Origin: the human T2T-CHM13v2.0 reference genome, Homo sapiens
Strand: one strand, 5' to 3'
NCBI RefSeq assembly: GCF_009914755.1
Contig: NC_060934.1
Length of the DNA: 64,000 nt
In this document: piece after piece, positions 49,355-64,000 of the stretch
How the letters are laid out: each line of letters starts with the position of its first letter
Position numbering within the stretch: the stretch's first letter is position 1
Position numbers and translations under genes: made by a program
The notes under the pieces: generated by a model
Seen by the model: the letters and a program-made list of their open reading frames with translations, nothing else
Told to the model about the DNA's origin: nothing
Databases searched by the model: none

Positions 49355-49979
49355 GCACCAGGTTCTTACAAATCTCCACTAAAAGAACTTACTCACGTAA
49401 CCAGATATGACCTGTATCCCAATAACTTATGGAAAAAATAAAATAAAATAAAAATCTCAGGGGCTAAACAAAGGAAAATTATCATAATCCCACACAGATC
49501 ATGTAACTTTCCTTGCTGGTTCTATTCCAAAAAATAAATAAAAAACCAAGTTCCTACCCTCTTATGGCTCTCCCATCCTCTTAGACTTCCTCAAAGTCCT
49601 TGGTTGGATTTTTTGTATTTACCCAGAAAGTTTAAAAAAAAAAAAAAAAAAAAGGAGGTGAGAAGGACCTTGCAAGTTGTTTTATAGCCAGGTCCGAAAA
49701 TGACCTACTTCGATTATATCTGCTCACATTATATTGGCCATAATGAATAACATAGCCTCAGCCAAACTGAATGATATGCTGAGATACGTGCGCAGGAGGA
49801 GGAAATATTAGTGAACATCTAGTTCCTCTCGGCCATAGCTGATTTGTGTGTCAAGTATACTTATCAAAATAAATATGAGCCTAATATGGAAAACCCAATA
49901 TCCTAAAAAAAAAAGAGAGCTGTTAGTTATCTAAATTATTATAATTTGACAGAATACAGTATATTTTAATATTCAAAAC

Positions 49980-51780
<1,801 letters not shown>

Positions 51781-51782
51781 TA

Positions 51783-53086
51783 CAAAGGGACTTCGAAAAG
51801 TTCATGGAAAAATTGAATTAAAATACAAAAATAAAAAATATAAACTTTATTTCTCAACATAAACTCCGTCAAGTTCAAGACATTTTTTTAAGTGTCTTGA
51901 TGCCATTTAGTCCATCTCTAAAGAACCGAGATCCTGGGAATTTAACTATGTCAATACAGATTTTTGACACTATTAACTGACAAAAAAAAATGGATGCCCT
52001 TTACAGATTTTTTAAGATTAAGAGACAAAAAGCAGTCAGAAGGAGCCAAATCAGGACCGTAAGGTGGATGCCTAATAATTTCCCATTGAAACTCTTGCAA
52101 AATTTCTCTTGTTAGATGAAAGTAATGAGCAGGAGCATTGTCATGGTGGAGAAGGACTCTGGTGAAGCTTTCCTGGATATTTTTCTGCTAAAGCTTTCAC
52201 TAACTTTCTCAAAACACTCTTATGATAAGCAGGTGTTACTGTTCTTTAGCCCTCCAGAAAGTTAAGCAAAATACCTTGAGCATCCCCCAAAATTGTTGCT
52301 ATGACCTTTGCGTCTGACCAGTCAGCTCTTGCTTTGACTGAACCACTTTCACCCCTTGGTAGCCATTGGTTTGCTTGTGCTTTGTCTTCAGGATTGTAAT
52401 GATAAAGCTATGTTTTATCTCCTGCTACAATTCTTTGGAGAAATGCTTCAGAATCTTGATCCCACTTGCTTAAAATTTCAGTTGAAAGCTCTGCTCTGCA
52501 GAGCTGCTCTGGGTACAGTGGTTTTGGTACCCCTTGAGTGGAAAATTTGCTCAACTTTAATTGTCCAGTCAGAATTGTATAAGCTGAACCAATACAGATG
52601 TCTATGTTTTGGCTATTGTTTGTGCTGTTAATCATTCATCTGTGTCTCCTCTTCAATCAAGATACAGACAAGATTAATTTTTTCCTCATAAATTGATGTG
52701 GATAGTCTGCCACTGCAGGCTTTATCTTCAGTATTGTTTTGTCCCTTCTTAAAATGAGTTATCCATTTGTAAATAAATAACTGCTGATTTCTTTGGGCAC
52801 TGTCCCCATAAACTTTTTGTAAAGCATCAATGATGTCACCATTCTTTCATCTAAGCTTCACAATAAATTTGATATTTGTTCTTGCTTAAATTTTAGCAGA
52901 ATTCATGTTGCTCTGATAGGGGCTTTTTTCAAACTAGTGTCTTATATTTCTTAGTGCCTCAAACTAGATCCTGTTCAGACATGTTATAAAAAGTTAGCAT
53001 GAGTTTATTTTGGTGCAAAAAAATTTGACATCCATGTATAGTTTTTTCATAATATTCATTTTCCATGATTTTTTGAAGACCCCTCA
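51783..53086 (-). mobile_element. Full-length Hsmar2 mariner (~1.3 kb)
   Basis: TIRs caaagggacttcgaaaagttcatggaaaa / ttttccatgattttttgaagacccctca; TA at left flank. Confidence 0.93.
51847..52906 (-). pseudogene. Disrupted Hsmar2 transposase
   Basis: MNSAKI start; GSAYTILT..GVPKPL..FLQRIVAGDKT (WVPK and TGDET motifs degenerate); HPPYxPDLAPSD region near 52040-52070. Confidence 0.9.
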
Positions 53087-54612
53087 TTTAGTTTGTGGCT
53101 TTATATACTGTATGCTAAGTTATTTTTAAATGTAATAAATGAAAATTTGTTAAACTCACAATAGTAATTTTCCCTGGAATCGACAGCAGGGGAATAGAAT
53201 TGAAGATGGTAACTCAAATTGCCTTATTTTAATTTAAATTTTAAATTTTTAATAAAGTTATTATATTTTCAATAAAATACCTATTGAGTAAAGAATAAAT
53301 ATGTGCATATATACATAATATGTTATATAAATTCAAATTAGACAGAATGCCAAGTTCTCCTTTAAAAAGGAAAAAGAAAAGAAGAAAGTCAAGCCCCAGC
53401 AGATGTTAAAAAGTATTTGAAACTTATAACAATTAAAACATGTTATACTGGCACAAAAAAAATACTGATGAAAATCAATGGGACAAAATAGATAAGCCTG
53501 CAAAAAGTTTTAGAGTAGATAAGAATTTAATAAATTGTGAAGGTAGTATCAGAAGTCAATGAAGAAAAAAATATTATTCAATAAATAGGGTAGGGAAATA
53601 AGTGTATAATTTTTTTCAAAATTAGATCTTTATACCAAACAAGATGTTGTCTATATAGATCAGTAAAAGCATTACAGACTTAAGAAAATATAGAAAAATT
53701 AAACCTGATTTTGAGACATAGATTTTCCAAGCATAAAATAAGCAAAATAAAAATCACAAAGAGAAATAGATGAAATTGCTTAATGAGTACAACTTCCTAT
53801 GCCTTAAAAACTGCCAGAGAAATACTTAAAAAGAAATATTTGCTTTGTGTATGATAAATGATTAAAAGTTTTAATAAGAAAAAGTACTTATAAGTTAAAA
53901 AGAAAAATGGAAATGCCTAAATATAAAAAAGGACAAAAGATGTGGATAATTTATAAAAGTATTAAAGGCCAATACACATAAAAAATATAGTTAAACTCAC
54001 TAGTCATTGAAAATGCTAATTTAACTACTTAAACATTTTTAGCTCTCTAGACTGCCAAATTTTTAAATTAAAATAATCACTACTGGTAGGAGTACAAATA
54101 AATGTGTACACATGTACTCTGAATAGGAATAGGTAGTAACTTTCTGGATGACTGTTGGTCAGGAAGGAAACTACACTTTTACCCAATAATTCTGATTGTG
54201 GAATTTTACCCTAAAAAAATTATAAATATGCACAAAATGTCTTTTTAAACTATCAAGAGGATGAGTAGAAGAAAGGAAAGAAAAAAGACTAAGAGGAGAG
54301 AAAGAAGGAAGAGGAGAGGAAGAGGCCATGTAAATGATAACAAAAAGGAAGTGGTTAAATAAGTTGCAATAAACTCTTGAATATTTTAATTAATATTTAT
54401 TGACATGAAAAAGTACTCATGACAATTTTCCTAAGCTGATTTAGAAAGGACTTTCCCTCTGTCTGCTTCCAGCTATGACAGAGTCACAGACATCCCAAAA
54501 CACTGCAGAATACACATTCTTTTTAAATCCACTCAAAACTTTCACCATAACAATACCATGTGCTGGGAAATACTACCTTCAGTAAATTTCAAAACATTGA
54601 AATCTTAAATAG

Positions 54613-55167
54613 TGGAGGGGCCAAAGGAAGTATTTCCCCATCACCCTTTGCGAGTTCACTGAAAAATCAACTCACAAAATGCCAATTAGTAAGAAAAAAG
54701 GCATACAAATTTATTAATATGTACACAGGGGAGAAACACAGAATGATTACTCAGTATCTTCATAGGGCCCCAATACTTATATATTCTTATTTCATGGGGG
54801 AGAGGGAAAATAGGTAATTCTGTCAAGGGGCAGTAAATGATTGCTAGGGAGAATGAATAGATGTAGATGAGAGATTAATTTGTAAATGGTTCTCTTTGGA
54901 AATTGAATGAGCCTGAGACATGGACGGTATTTTGTGAATGTGTCTATTCTGGTGTGGTTACATTCTCAATCTTCTTTTCTGCAATATATAATGAGATAGC
55001 AGGGAGGGAAAGAAAAATGATTGTTCTTCTTGGTGGGTCCATTTGGTCTTTATGTAGATAGGGGAAAAGTCTTTTCTAGCATCTGTTGATACCTTAGGGC
55101 CTTTAATTGAAAATATTCATTATACCAGAGAGCCATATTTTGTGGTGAAGTTCCCTGCATTCCTTCA
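54613..55167 (-). mobile_element. ERV1 MER34-family solo LTR
   Basis: Reverse start tgaaggaatgcagggaacttcaccacaaaatatggc; reverse AATAAA near 54712. Confidence 0.65.
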
Positions 55168-55245
55168 AGGTATATTCTCTGACCAAAAGAGAATCAAATA
55201 AAAAATCAATAAAAATAAGTTATCTAGAAAATTCTCATATGATTA

Positions 55246-55620
<375 letters not shown>

Positions 55621-58444
55621 GAAAGAAGAGAAATTATAAAATATACCAAACTGAATGATAATGAAATATCATGAGATGCACAATGTTGTACAATGCATAG
55701 AGAGAAATTTACAGCTTTAAATGCCTGTAATGGAAAGAGAAGAAGGGCTTAAAATCAATTATCTAAGTTTCTACTTTAAGAAGCCAAAAAAGTAGAGCAA
55801 ACCAAAAACAAGTAGAATGAAAGAAATATAAAGAGCAGAAGTTCAAAAAAGAAAATAGACAGCAGAGCAAATTTTAAAAGTCAAACTTTCATTCTTGAAA
55901 TTATTGTACTTTAATAATTGAGCTCCCCTAGCAAGAATAGTTTTAAAAAAAAATTACAATATCAGAAATGAAAATGGGGATATCACTACAAGCCCTAGAG
56001 ATATTAAAAGATAGTAATGGGAAATTATGAACAAATATATGCCAATAAATTCAACAACTTAAATTAAATGGAAAAATTCCTTGAAAAGCACAACTGACAA
56101 AACTGACTCAAGAATAAAAGTAAAAAAAATCCGAATAACCCTGTAGCTATTAAAGATATTGAATTTGTAATAAAAAAACTTTTCATAATAAAAGAGTTTG
56201 CTAACACTTGGAAGTCCTGCATTCAACCAGACAAAATAATGGTTGGATATGTGGCCAAGGTGGAAATAAATGAAGAGATTCTTTGGGTGCCCAAAATAAA
56301 GAGGAAATTCAGAGTATCAAGAGGCAGGAAGCCATGAGTTACGGGAGTCAGATCCAGGTCTTAACACTATGGATGTGGTACTAACTTGGATTGGAAAGAG
56401 GGTAAGAGAAACAGGCTTCACATTCTCAGGAGGTGAGGAATGACCTCCTTGCCCAAGGCCTGTAGCCATAAAGGGTTATTCCTTTTCTTGAAAGAATAAT
56501 TAGAAATAGCTAACCCACTGGGCCAGGAGGGAATAGACAACTTGTAGAAAACCCGATACCTCAATTCCTAATATTTTTCTCAGGTCTTTCCTACCCTTAA
56601 CCTTTCCCTGGCTATTTACTTATTGCTATTTTAAACAAAGATAGACAAGTATTAAAAGGAAACACTCAAAATTCCTGTCACTTGCCCCCACGAAAAAGAA
56701 AACCTACTAAAAATGTTTCAGAGATTTGGAGGAAGCTACTGTGAATTCACCAAGAAACAATTACAACCTTTTTTGATTTCACATCACAATGTTTATCCCA
56801 GTCATGAGAAATAAGAATTATATTTCTAAAAGCACTGATCAGTCCATCCTATCCACCAAAACCTAAAACCCTAAAACTAACTGACTTTTTCTCTCTCTCT
56901 CCTCTCTTTCTCATCTGGAGAAGCATACAAGTATTGCCTTCAGAAGACAAGAAAGAGAGGCCAAGACGGGAATGACAGTTTGGAGTGGTTCTGAGAAGGG
57001 CAGAGACCCATGGCCAACCAGCAGTTTCCCAGATGGGGAACAAATGTGGGATGGCTTTGGATGATGGATTTTAAATGCCAAGTCTTAAAAGCAATAGCAA
57101 GGACAGATTCTCTGTAGTGAGGATCTCATAATAGGCATATGGTCATAATAGGGTTACCTGGCTGAATTACACTGATGACCAAGTAAACTAAGGTCCATGA
57201 CTCTCCCCCTTTTCTGTCTACCATGTAAGTTCTTCAGAATTGCCACTGCCCCGATGAATTGAGAGCAAACTTCCTAAAACACAACAGAGACAGCAACTTT
57301 TGAAAGCTTTAGTGAATGGGAGCTCATAACTAGGTTCTATTTTATTAAGAAATATAAAGTAATGATCCTTAAATTCAAGTGTTTTGGGGGGATCGTACTA
57401 ATTACATAGACAAATGACTCATGTAATCCATAAAGAAGGCAGATGTCACTGCTATCTTCCCCTCTTTCTGTTATTCTCTCCTAAAACAAACCTAGAAACA
57501 TTGGAAAGAACAATGTTGAACATCTAAGTCCCTATGGAGTGTCATCTTTTGAGGGAACAGTATTCAGCTTATCAAGACAATTTCCCTGACTGTGATTCAG
57601 TGGGTTCCTGCTAACTTTTGCTTCCTTTCTACCAAGGGAAATCATTCCAAGACTTCCTCAAAGGAGTTGAAAAAAGACAGAAGGAGCTGAGTATCAATCT
57701 AGACAGAGCTCCAGTTTGAAGTTCCTCTCTTGAGATTAAAGTCTACACTGGGAAACAAAGAGAGAAAAATGGGTCTAGCTTGGGAAAGGAGCTCCTAACA
57801 CAACCAGGGAAGGGGGTTTCCTCCTGTCCCTTAAGTATCTTGACACATGAGGGCTATGAGTACAGAAATCAGAAAAGGTGGGAAAAAAGGCAATTATCTA
57901 AATGACTCAAGCAAACAACCCCAAATCAAATCAAATTAAGGAATGAAAGCCGTACCCACCATTTTTCATTGACAATCAGGATTTGTCAAGTGAATGTGAG
58001 CCTTCTAGTCAAGATTTTTAAATAATTGCCCTAATTCTTTACTCTGTGCGCATATGTATAATCCAAGAATCCTCAGCTATACAACATCTTCCTACAAATG
58101 AGTTCCCTAAAGATGGTGAAATAATTTATGTTGGCTGCTTCCTCCTCACCAGACATTCAGAAAGTACAGGAAATTGAGACTTTATTCCCCCTAACAGCAG
58201 TGTTTGAATAATGTGGGTGTAAGCAGGTTGATCTTCTGTAAGCACAATTTGATCTCCTCATCCCTTAACTCAGAAACCTTTCACCTTTCCATTATCTAAT
58301 AAATCAAATCCTGTCTCTACTCCTCCATCAGCCATTCAAGTCCCACCTTTTGTACAGTTTTCTAACCTCTGTCCAAAATGTTCTCCAGACTTCAACTAAG
58401 CCAATCCACTTTCAACTGACCACACTTTGCCTGTGCTATTCTAG

Positions 58445-58751
<307 letters not shown>

Positions 58752-58932
58752 TATTCTAGCTTCTAAAGTCCCCTTCTCCCACCCTAGTTGTACACTGCTT
58801 ATGCAAGTCAAAAAGAACTTTTTCTTTTTTTGATTCCCAAAAACATTTTCTTTTATGTTCTTGATATTTGTCAGTTTTCCTTTGTATTAGTGAATAATAA
58901 CTACTTGAGCTGTGTTTTATCCTCTCTACTCG

Positions 58933-59282
58933 TGTCGAGATCCATTTTGTGCTGCTATAACAGAATAGGTGAGACTGAGTAACTTGTAACGAACAGAAAT
59001 TTATTGGCTCATGGTTCTCAAGGCTGGAAAGCCCAAGATCAATGTACTGGCACCTGATAAGGGCCTTTGTGCTGTGGTATCTCATGGTGAAGGAACAAAG
59101 AAAGGGTGAAAGAGAGTGAGAAGGGGGCCACACTCATCATTTTATAAGGAATTCACCCCATTCATGAGGGCAGACCCCTCCTGGCCCAATCACCCCTCTT
59201 TGAGCTTTACCTCCTGACATTGTTGGATTAGGGATTAAGTGTCCAATACACGCTTTTTGAAGGACACATTCCAATCCTAGCA
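58933..59282 (-). mobile_element. MST(C/D)-like solo LTR
   Basis: tgctgctataacagaata..acacattccaatcctagca; TSD actcg/actag. Confidence 0.85.
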
Positions 59283-60280
59283 ACTAGCTTTTGAGCCCCT
59301 TTGAGGCTCTCCTCATAATCCTGAAATTACCTAAAATGTCGAACATGCTGCCTTTTTGTGGGTATATGCTCTCAGGAGAGCTGCCATTTTTTTTTTAAAT
59401 TATAGACTGTATCACTATGTGAAACTCCTGGGAATTCATGAGATCCATAAGTATTTGGTGTTAACCTTGAGTAACATTGAGTGGTAGAGACAAAGAGAAG
59501 TTCTATTTGGATCCTGCAAGTGAATTGCCATATCCCATGTGGCCTAAAGAATGCAAGATTTCCACTTTGGGTCAAAAATATTACATGTCTTCTATTGTAT
59601 TTATTAGGCTTGGAATTTGTGGGCTATCTTGTCTTTTCAGAAGGAGGTTTGATACAATCTCAAATCAAATAGAATCCACATGAGTTGAAATTCACCTCCT
59701 TTGCTGCCTTACTCCCAATATTTATTTTTCCTATTCTGTTTCTTTCTCTCTCTTCAGTCCAGTCCTCCAGGTATCACTCTTAAGGAGTTATGATAACATT
59801 CAAGTGTCTCCTAATTCTCTTTTTAGATTCAAAAGCTGCACAGCTTTCCCGGGAACCACAGTTCTCACAGTTGATTTTTCCCTCCCCTTCTCCCCTGCAG
59901 TGGCCTCCATCTCCTCATGTGACACAGAACTGAGGCTGAATCATTTTGCTGGTTTCCATTTGGCAATCATCCTACATTTCCCCAATGGTTTATCAAGCAC
60001 TTCTATGGCCTCGAGGAACTCTCCATATTCATTTGCACTAAGTCCATTACTGAAAGATACTGAAGACATAGAATAATTTATAGATACTACCAATCAGAAT
60101 AACATCTACTTTATGAATTATGAGTTCTATCACTTAATGCCTTTGGCTTGATCTGGCTAATTCTGCTTATGAACTTAGCTTGCCCCTGACCCAGCATAAG
60201 GAGCTAGATAGCAATATGAAGACAGCTTTTGGAAAATTTCACCCTGAGAAAATGAACTTCCGATTTGAAATCAACAAATA

Positions 60281-60332
60281 TTTTCCCTTACCAATCTACC
60301 AGAGATGGAGCTGGTAGATTGGTGAGGGAAAA
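60281..60332. repeat. Inverted repeat: 22 bp arms, 8 nt loop
   Basis: ttttcccttaccaatctaccag-agatggag-ctggtagattggtgagggaaaa; 21/22 Watson-Crick pairs plus one T:G. Confidence 0.95.
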
Positions 60333-60660
60333 CAAGAAGCCAATCATTGCCCTTTCAGCTGTGTAATAAAAACAGAAAGGCAAACATCTGCATTTAACTT
60401 CTCCAAGCTTGTTGCTAATGATCTGTTTCTTAAGATTTCTTTTTCTAGGACTCTGCTCTCAAATTTTAAAACTCTAGTGTATACCACTATATTTATCTAG
60501 ATACTTCTTTAGAGAAGCTGCTTCCTTTGATCTGGCTAATCTTACAAAACCAAGCATTTTCATACACGCTAATGGGTTTGTAAGTTAATATAATTAGGAA
60601 AACAATTTGGCTAACCTTTTAAAATTGCTCCCCTACTTTTCTACAAAGTAGAAAAAGAAA

Positions 60661-60826
60661 ATAGCCGGGTATGGTGGCACACGCCTGCAGTCCAAGTTAT
60701 CAGGCGGCTGAGGTGGGAGGATCACTTGAGCCCAGGAGGTCGAAGCTGCAGTGAGCCGTGTTCATGCCACTGCACTCCAGCCTGGGCAACAGAGGGAGAC
60801 CCTGTCTTGAGAAAAAAAAAAAAAAA
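60661..60826 (+). mobile_element. FRAM/AluJ right monomer
   Basis: gggaggatcacttgagcccaggagg; A tail. Confidence 0.9.
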
Positions 60827-61170
60827 GGTTTTCATCCCCTTTTGCCCCTTGACCCAAAGCCTGAAACTCTAGGCGTATATTAAAAACAAAAGTATACAGG
60901 TAAAGATTTATTTTCAAAGTTATTCATAAGTAGCTTTTACTATTTATAATAGTGAAAAAAAGAAATGCCCCAAAATGGGAGACTGATTAAGAAAGCATAT
61001 GATCCCTAAATGGAATAATCTGCATTCATTAAGTCAAAGATTGTCAAGGAATTTTTAATGGGATAGGGAAATGCTTACGGTAGGATGCTAAAAAAATAAA
61101 GGTTTGAAGCTAAAATATTTTCAATCACCTACATGAAAAAAGGCATAAAATATTTAAAAATGTTAAACTA

Positions 61171-61625
61171 TATTAAATAAAATGTATAGGAGACCACTGA
61201 TTTGAATTGAGCTTCTGCACTAGACCTCAACAGACCAAACCAAAATGGAGTCACTCATGCTAAAGTCTCACATAACAAAACCAAAAGTAAACTGTGTGTC
61301 TAATATTCCAAGAAATCAGGAAAGAAAGATACTAGCCAAATCTCTAAATAGGCCAGTGTTAGCCAGAATGATAAGGAAGTCCCTACTACTTTAACACAAG
61401 GAAAGTAACCTGAAGCAGCCTCACATTAATCATGTTAATCCACTTTTTCTATTATGCCAATGTTTCTTTGTTCCTATTCAAGCTACCTTATAAAAAAGTG
61501 ACTGTTCTGTCATGCCCACTATAGGACCCCTCTATTTTTAGATGAGATGCTACCCAAATTATGAACTAGAAATAAAAGCTAATTAGATCATTTAACTAAA
61601 TGTGTTGAAATTTTATCTTTTGACA
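61171..61625 (+). mobile_element. MER31-like ERV1 solo LTR
   Basis: cagaccaaaccaaaatggagtcactcatgc; aataaa; ends ttttgaca; TSD acta/acca. Confidence 0.75.
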
Positions 61626-62254
61626 ACCACTGTTGCTACTAGGCTGTGAGATTACAGATAATTTTTTTCTGCTTCTTTACTCATTTCAGTGTTTTCAATA
61701 ATTTTGAAAATGAGTGTATATAATTATGTCAATTCAGTTTTAAAAAATAAATCACTAAGAGGAGAAGGAATTTACAAAGACACAGACCAAAGTTATGTCT
61801 CTTCAGAGCTCACAGAAAAGAACTGAATTGCAAAGAAAGTTTCCTTAAGGGAACAGCAGGATGGGGTATGACCCCATGAGAGATGGACAAGGAAGAGAGG
61901 ACAAATAGAAATAAGGGCAAAACCTTTCACTGAAGTTGCCTCAGGGTAAGGCACCAATCCAGTTATTTATGCATCCTCTGTAACTGCTGTCTAAACCACT
62001 TTTCTTCACCTAGAGAAGATATATTTTTCCTTACAGTGTGGTGTCACTAAGGGCATAACTTGAATTTTAGGAGGAAACTATTTTAAATATTTCGTAGAAA
62101 GTTTCCTCCTAAAAAAGTCACCCATCAGCCTCCAGGGGTATGATCAATAAACTGCATTTATTTAAAATGATGCTAAGAGGATAGCAGTGACATAAAGGCA
62201 AAGCTTAGATTAACAGTATTTTGCTAAGATCAGTATTGATTCATTTTAGGATGG

Positions 62255-62410
62255 TGATGCCAGAGTAACATTAGAGATGATCTAATCCAACTTTCTCATT
62301 TTATAGATACGAAACTGAAAACCAGAGATATAAGAAAACTTTGCATTTGACTTGGCAATTCAAACTCTAGTCTTTGTCTACGAGCTCAAAATCTCTTTCC
62401 ATAATGTTAT
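62255..62410 (-). mobile_element. MIR3-like
   Basis: tctaatccaactttctcattttatagatacgaaactga. Confidence 0.65.
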
Positions 62411-62722
62411 GCCAACCCTACCATTCTAGAGGAATGATTCATTAATCACACAGAAAGGTTCAGCTCAGCTACCACTTTATACAGTGAAATACTCAATTCC
62501 TTCTCTCATCACTTCCCACGTACATCACCTAAATCACATTGTTGCTGATATAGCCAAACTCTTGAGGCTCTGCTTTACTAATCCATATTCCGTTCCTTAT
62601 TTAGAAAACGAATCTATTATTAGAAAGTAAGTTTATTGTTTGCCAAGCAGAATTAAATATCCATCACAGTTATCTTAAAAAAGAGCTTTTATCTATACAT
62701 TCAAATCATTTTGATTATTTGA

Positions 62723-63045
<323 letters not shown>

Positions 63046-63244
63046 CCATTTATCATATTCTGATGGCCACTGGTAATGGCAATAACTAACACACAGTGGA
63101 GAAAACTAAACCTTGCTGACTCCATTCTAAATGCTTTATATGGATTATCTCATTTAGTTATGCCAATAGCATATTAGACAGATACTATCGTAGGAAAAAT
63201 ATGGAAAGTGAGTGAATTCATAGAAAACACCCAGGTAGACCTGG

Positions 63245-63426
63245 GATCCTAATTCAGGTATGTTGTGGGTGGCTGGCCCGTGTATTATAGAATGTTGGGC
63301 ACCATTCCTGGCCTTTACACACAAGATGTGAGGTAGCGCCCCCACACCAATTATGACATAGAAAATCATCTCCGGCATTGCCAGATGTACCCTAGGGATT
63401 AAAATTATCCAGGTTGAGAACTACTG
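63245..63426. mobile_element. MER20 (hAT-Charlie)
   Basis: ..cattgccagatgtacccta..ggttgagaactactg terminus. Confidence 0.82.
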
Positions 63427-63549
63427 CAGTAGGCGGGTAGCCTAGTCTGACTTTTTTTTTTCTCTGCAGAATCAAGACAAAGATTTGCTTCTGTATGTAA
63501 TAAAGGGAAACAACAATGTCCCCAGAAAGCAAAATTTTACAGAGAGACA

Positions 63550-63850
63550 ATGGCACATGATGGAAATGGCATTGGAGTTGCCACTAAAATGTTTGTTCTT
63601 AAGGCCTAGTTCTATTACCTAATGACTATGTGGCCTTGAATAAATCACTTCTCTGAGCTTCAGTTTTCATCTTCCAAACAGGTGTTTCTTAACCAGAAAG
63701 AACTTTTGCAATTCAAATCGTGGAGGTTTTACGAGCATGAGCTTTGAAGAGCTAGATTTGAATCTTTCATCAGGTTCTTTCTGTCCCATGACTTCAGACA
63801 AAATTCTTTACATCTCCTCACCTCCTTATTCTCATCTGTGTGCGGGAGAG
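63550..63850 (+). mobile_element. Two MIR fragments
   Basis: actatgtggccttgaataaatcacttctctgagcttcagttttcatc; gagctagatttgaatc. Confidence 0.6.
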
Positions 63851-64000
63851 AATGACACCTCTTCTACGGGCTCTCTCTATCTTCATTCTCCAACTGCCCA
63901 CTCAATATCTCTACCTCAGGTCCTGAGCTTCAAACTCATTTCTGGTTACATAAAGATCCTTCACTCATCCAGATACTTTTTTAAGTAGTCCTTAACCCAG

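Noticed and set aside
51847-52906. Domesticated mariner transposase (SETMAR-like)
   Set aside because: This is Hsmar2 with stops, frameshifts and degenerate motifs; SETMAR derives from Hsmar1.
57410-57910. Two TGACTCA (AP-1) sites and a GGGGGTTTCC (NF-kB-like) site as an enhancer
   Set aside because: Short motifs at near-chance frequency; cannot be supported without chromatin data.

Overview
This is primate (human-like) non-coding DNA dominated by transposable elements. I find no convincing host protein-coding exon, RNA gene or CpG island. The longer ORFs in the track are fragments of L1 ORF1/ORF2, HERV-L gag/pol/dUTPase, THE1-int or Hsmar2 transposase, or are Alu read-through. Main contents: an L1PA5-like element (1-4243), a full THE1 provirus (9929-12190), a ~13 kb nest of L1M/Alu/MLT2A-HERV-L elements (25.4-38.2 kb), a twin-primed L1PB1, a full-length decayed Hsmar2, and many Alus, MIRs, L2s and solo LTRs. 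I did not find a new gene system. The most notable signal is a set of locally templated DNA-synthesis scars: a two-age, five-fragment patchwork at 27529-27968 that makes a ~195 bp near-perfect inverted repeat; a 37 bp patch copied into a microsatellite from 1.5 kb away; an 86 bp dispersed copy; a delins in L1 ORF2; a fold-back in Hsmar2; and a 22 bp-stem hairpin in unique DNA at 60281-60332. A HERV-L fragment also looks like a one-ended integration. Subfamily names come from recalled consensus sequences and need RepeatMasker/Dfam confirmation. Identities were counted by eye.
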